DNA of 64,000 nt from an uncultured Chloroflexia bacterium (lineage in GTDB: Bacteria > Chloroflexota > Dehalococcoidia > UBA2979): the NCBI GenBank assembly GCA_963728205.1, contig CAVSIV010000006.1, positions 576,001 to 640,000 on the forward strand, written 5' to 3'. Shown piece after piece: positions 61,322-64,000 of this stretch (positions within the stretch are counted from its first letter, which is position 1; the number at the start of each line of letters is the position of its first letter). The notes beneath the pieces are model-generated. The model made no database searches, had not been told where the DNA came from, and saw only the letters and a program-made list of their open reading frames with translations. A program made the translations under genes and the position numbers.

Positions 61322-62856
61322 CCGCGCCCGCCGCGGCATCCGAACGCATGCCCGCCACGGACGCGGCATCCGAACACATGCCCGCCGCGGACGCGGCATC
61401 CGAACAGATGACCGCCGCGGACGCGGCGTTCGATTACGTCGTCGTCGGGTCGGGCGCGGGCGGGGCATCGGCGGCGCGCACGCTGGCGGACGCCACCGGC
61501 AGCATCGCCGTCGTCGAGGAGGGACCGGCTGTCGCGACGGCCGACTTCGACAGCCGCGCGCTCCCGACCTTCCACCGCCTCTACCGCGGGATGGGCGCGC
61601 AGGCGACCGGCGGCCGCGCGCCCATGCTCGTGCTGCAGGGGCGCTGCCTGGGCGGCACCACCGTCGTGAACTCCGCGATCCTGCGCCGCCTCCCCGAGGA
61701 GGTGTGGGCCGAGTGGGCGCGCGACCACGGGCTCGACCGCGCGTGGTCGTTCGCGCGGGTCGACGCGGCGGCCGCGGAGGTGGAGCGCGAGCTGGGCGCG
61801 ACGCCGACGCCGGCCGCCGTGTGGGGCGGCAACAACGCGGCGCTGGCCCGCGCGGCGGCCGCGGCCGGCGCCGGGGTCGCGGGGCGGCCGACGCTGCGCA
61901 ACGTCGTGGACTGCCGCGGCAGCGGCCGCTGCAACCTGGGCTGCCCGCACGGGGCGAAGCAGAGCATGCAGGTGTCGTACCTGCCCTACGCCCGCGAGCG
62001 CGGCGCGACGCTGTTCGCGGGCGAGCGCGTGGAGCGCGTGCTGCTCGACGGCCGCCGCGCGACGGGCGTGCGTACGGCGGCCCGCACGCTGCACGCGCGG
62101 CGCGCGGTGCTCGTGGCGGCGTCGGCGACGCAGACGCCGGGTGTGCTGTGGCGCAGCGGCGTGCGGTCGCCGCACCTCGGCGCGCACTTCCAGGGACACC
62201 CGGGGATGGCGATCGTCGGGCTGTTCGACGCGCCGGTGCGGATGGCAGCGGGCGCGACCCAGGGCTTCGAGGTCGACGGCTGGCGCGCGGAGTCGCGCGT
62301 GAAGGTCGAGACGCTCGCGCTGCCGCCGGAGATGTTCGCCGGCGGGCTGCCGGGCGTCGGCCGGCGCTGGGTGTCGCTGATCGCGGAGTACGCGCGCGCC
62401 GCGGTATGGGTGCTGCCGCTGCGCTCGCGCGGCGAGGGCAGCGTGGGGCTGGGCCGGCGCGACGGCCGCATGGCGTTCCGCCTCGCCCCCGGCGACCTCG
62501 CCAACCTGCGCCGCGGCCTGCGCCACGCCGCCGAGCTGATGTTCGCGGCCGGCGCGCGCGAGCTGGTGGTGCCGGTGCACGGGCTGCCCGAGCGCATCGG
62601 CCCCGCGCAGCTCGATCTCCTCGACGCCGCGAGCGACGACCCGGCTGCCTACTCGCTCACGCTGTCGCACCTCTTCGGCACCACGCGCATGAGCGCGCGG
62701 CCGGGCGCCGGCGTGGTCGACCTCGACTTCCGCGTGCGCGGCACCGACAACCTCTACGTCGTCGACTCCTCCGTCTTCCCGACGAACCTCGGCGTGAACC
62801 CGCAGCTCGCGATCATGTCGCTGGCGCGGCTGGCGTCCGAGCGGATCGCGTCGTGA
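61318..62856 (+). CDS. GMC-family oxidoreductase
   Basis: DYVVVGSGAGG, GRCLGGTTVVN, CRGSGRCNLGC, HLFGT, NLYVVDSSVFP..NPQL; N-terminal 30-bp repeats. Confidence 0.93.
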   Translation: MTAPAAASERMPATDAASEHMPAADAASEQMTAADAAFDYVVVGSGAGGASAARTLADATGSIAVVEEGPAVATADFDSRALPTFHRLYRGMGAQATGGRAPMLVLQGRCLGGTTVVNSAILRRLPEEVWAEWARDHGLDRAWSFARVDAAAAEVERELGATPTPAAVWGGNNAALARAAAAAGAGVAGRPTLRNVVDCRGSGRCNLGCPHGAKQSMQVSYLPYARERGATLFAGERVERVLLDGRRATGVRTAARTLHARRAVLVAASATQTPGVLWRSGVRSPHLGAHFQGHPGMAIVGLFDAPVRMAAGATQGFEVDGWRAESRVKVETLALPPEMFAGGLPGVGRRWVSLIAEYARAAVWVLPLRSRGEGSVGLGRRDGRMAFRLAPGDLANLRRGLRHAAELMFAAGARELVVPVHGLPERIGPAQLDLLDAASDDPAAYSLTLSHLFGTTRMSARPGAGVVDLDFRVRGTDNLYVVDSSVFPTNLGVNPQLAIMSLARLASERIAS

Positions 62857-63434
62857 CGCTCGCGGCGATGCTCGACGGCGGGCGCGCGTCGGCGGTCGAC
62901 GTCGGCGACTACCTCGACGGCCTGGCGCCGGCCGAGCGCGTGGCGGAGTGCGTCGCGCTCGGCGCGCAGCGGCAGCGCGCGCTGTGGGAGCTCGCGTCCG
63001 CGGCGCGGCCGGCGCGGCGGGGCATGCTCGTCGGCCCGCGCGACGGCGACGTCGCGACGTTCGCCGGTCGCAACTCGCTGCCGGTGCTGTCGCGGTTCGC
63101 GAAGCGGTTCGCGCGGCAGGGCGGCGAGGTGGTGGGGATGAACGCGCACCCGCTGCGCCGGCTGATCGGTCCCGGCTACTTCACGGTCGAGGCGACGGGG
63201 GCGGATGGGCTGCTGCGGTTCGACTACCGCCGCATCCCGGCCGCGGCGCCGCCCGGCTGGCCGGCCGTCGCGCCGAACACGCGGCCGCTCGCGCGCCCGG
63301 TCTACGGCAATCTCGTCGACGCGGTGGCGTGGGTGACGGCGGATGTCCTCGTGGGGTCCGCCACGCGCGCCGGCCGGCCGATCGGCTCGTACTTCGTGAT
63401 CGCGTGCACCGCCGCCCTCAGCGGCGGCAGATAG
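62853..63434 (+). CDS. Conserved hypothetical protein coupled to the GMC gene
   Basis: GTGA overlap; GRNSLP..FAKRF..GPGYF..DY..P..WP..N..VYG..D. Confidence 0.7.
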   Translation: MTLAAMLDGGRASAVDVGDYLDGLAPAERVAECVALGAQRQRALWELASAARPARRGMLVGPRDGDVATFAGRNSLPVLSRFAKRFARQGGEVVGMNAHPLRRLIGPGYFTVEATGADGLLRFDYRRIPAAAPPGWPAVAPNTRPLARPVYGNLVDAVAWVTADVLVGSATRAGRPIGSYFVIACTAALSGGR

Positions 63435-63523
63435 GCCGCCGACGCCAGGGCGGGCCGTTGCCCGCCGAACCCGTTCGCCGGCTGCTGCCGGCGCCCCGTC
63501 GGCGGCATGTCTGCCGCCGCTGT
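63420..63523. repeat. REP doublet variant overlapping the stop codon
   Basis: AGCGGCGGCAGATAGGCCGCCGAC ... GTCGGCGGCATGTCTGCCGCCGCT. Confidence 0.78.
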
Positions 63524-63617
63524 GGCCGGCGCACGCCGACGCCAAGGCGGGCCGCTGCCCGCCTGCGCCGACGCCGCGGCCGTCCGCTGCACGCGCCGAC
63601 GCCGCGGCCGGTCGCTG

Positions 63618-64000
63618 CTACGGCGGGCCGACGCCGGTCGACCCGTCCGCCGCCGGCAGCGTCAGGCGCAGCTCCGCGCCGGGCCCGCCCTCCTCGGGTT
63701 CCACCGCCGCCAGCTCGCCGCGCAGGCTGCGCGCCAGCTCGCGGCCGACGTACAACCCGATCCCGGTTCCCCGCTGGCGGCCCGACGTGTCCGCCCGGTA
63801 GTAGGCGTCGAAGATCCGCTCGCGCTCCCCGACGGGGATGCCGTCGCCCCCGTCGCGCACGCGCACGACGACCTGCTCGCCCTCGCACCGCACCACGATG
63901 CGCACCTGCGGCGTCGCGCCCCCGTACTTCACCGCGTTGTCGACGAGGTTCGTGAGGATCTGCGTCACCGCGCCCTCGTTCGCGTCCGCGACCGCGCCGC
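63618..64000 (-). CDS. Histidine kinase, C-terminal HATPase domain (partial)
   Basis: QILTNLVDNAVKYG, VRDGGDGI, IFDAYYR, GTGIGL. Confidence 0.88.
   Translation of the reverse strand, partial: GAVADANEGAVTQILTNLVDNAVKYGGATPQVRIVVRCEGEQVVVRVRDGGDGIPVGERERIFDAYYRADTSGRQRGTGIGLYVGRELARSLRGELAAVEPEEGGPGAELRLTLPAADGSTGVGPP

Overview
High-GC (roughly 70-75%) bacterial chromosomal window. The most likely source is Chloroflexota (Dehalococcoidia-like), inferred from a GAAC-N4-GTTC SOS box, a class F sortase and overall gene content. Several genes carry single-base frameshifts typical of an unpolished long-read assembly. Main contents: (1) an SOS mutagenesis cassette imuB-DUF6504-dnaE2 with a LexA box, no imuA, and an antisense AbrB/VapC toxin-antitoxin (TA) pair inside it; (2) housekeeping or metabolic genes (amidohydrolase, M42 peptidase, malate synthase, MFS, PBP, LLM oxidoreductase, GMC oxidoreductase, Crp, two histidine kinases); (3) an intact IS110 (IS900-like) element whose ends, circle-junction promoter and putative bridge-RNA guide segments can be read from the sequence; (4) a lower-GC Wzx/Wzy exopolysaccharide locus with its own PAPS supply (an unusual CysC-CysD fusion plus CysN) and a sulfotransferase; (5) about ten TA loci or remnants; (6) a dispersed REP/REPIN-like repeat family; (7) several uncharacterised paralogue families. 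These include three secreted, membrane-anchored proteins with a GPS-like W..C..C..HFS.WA motif (possible autoproteolysis), two small HExxH proteins flanking them, a YxPGAPAFxNTL module shared between a sortase and a surface protein, and three tiny DGxPARGIL membrane peptides. The best candidate for an undescribed system is the HFS/HLT surface-protein + mini-zincin + sortase set associated with the sulfated-EPS locus.
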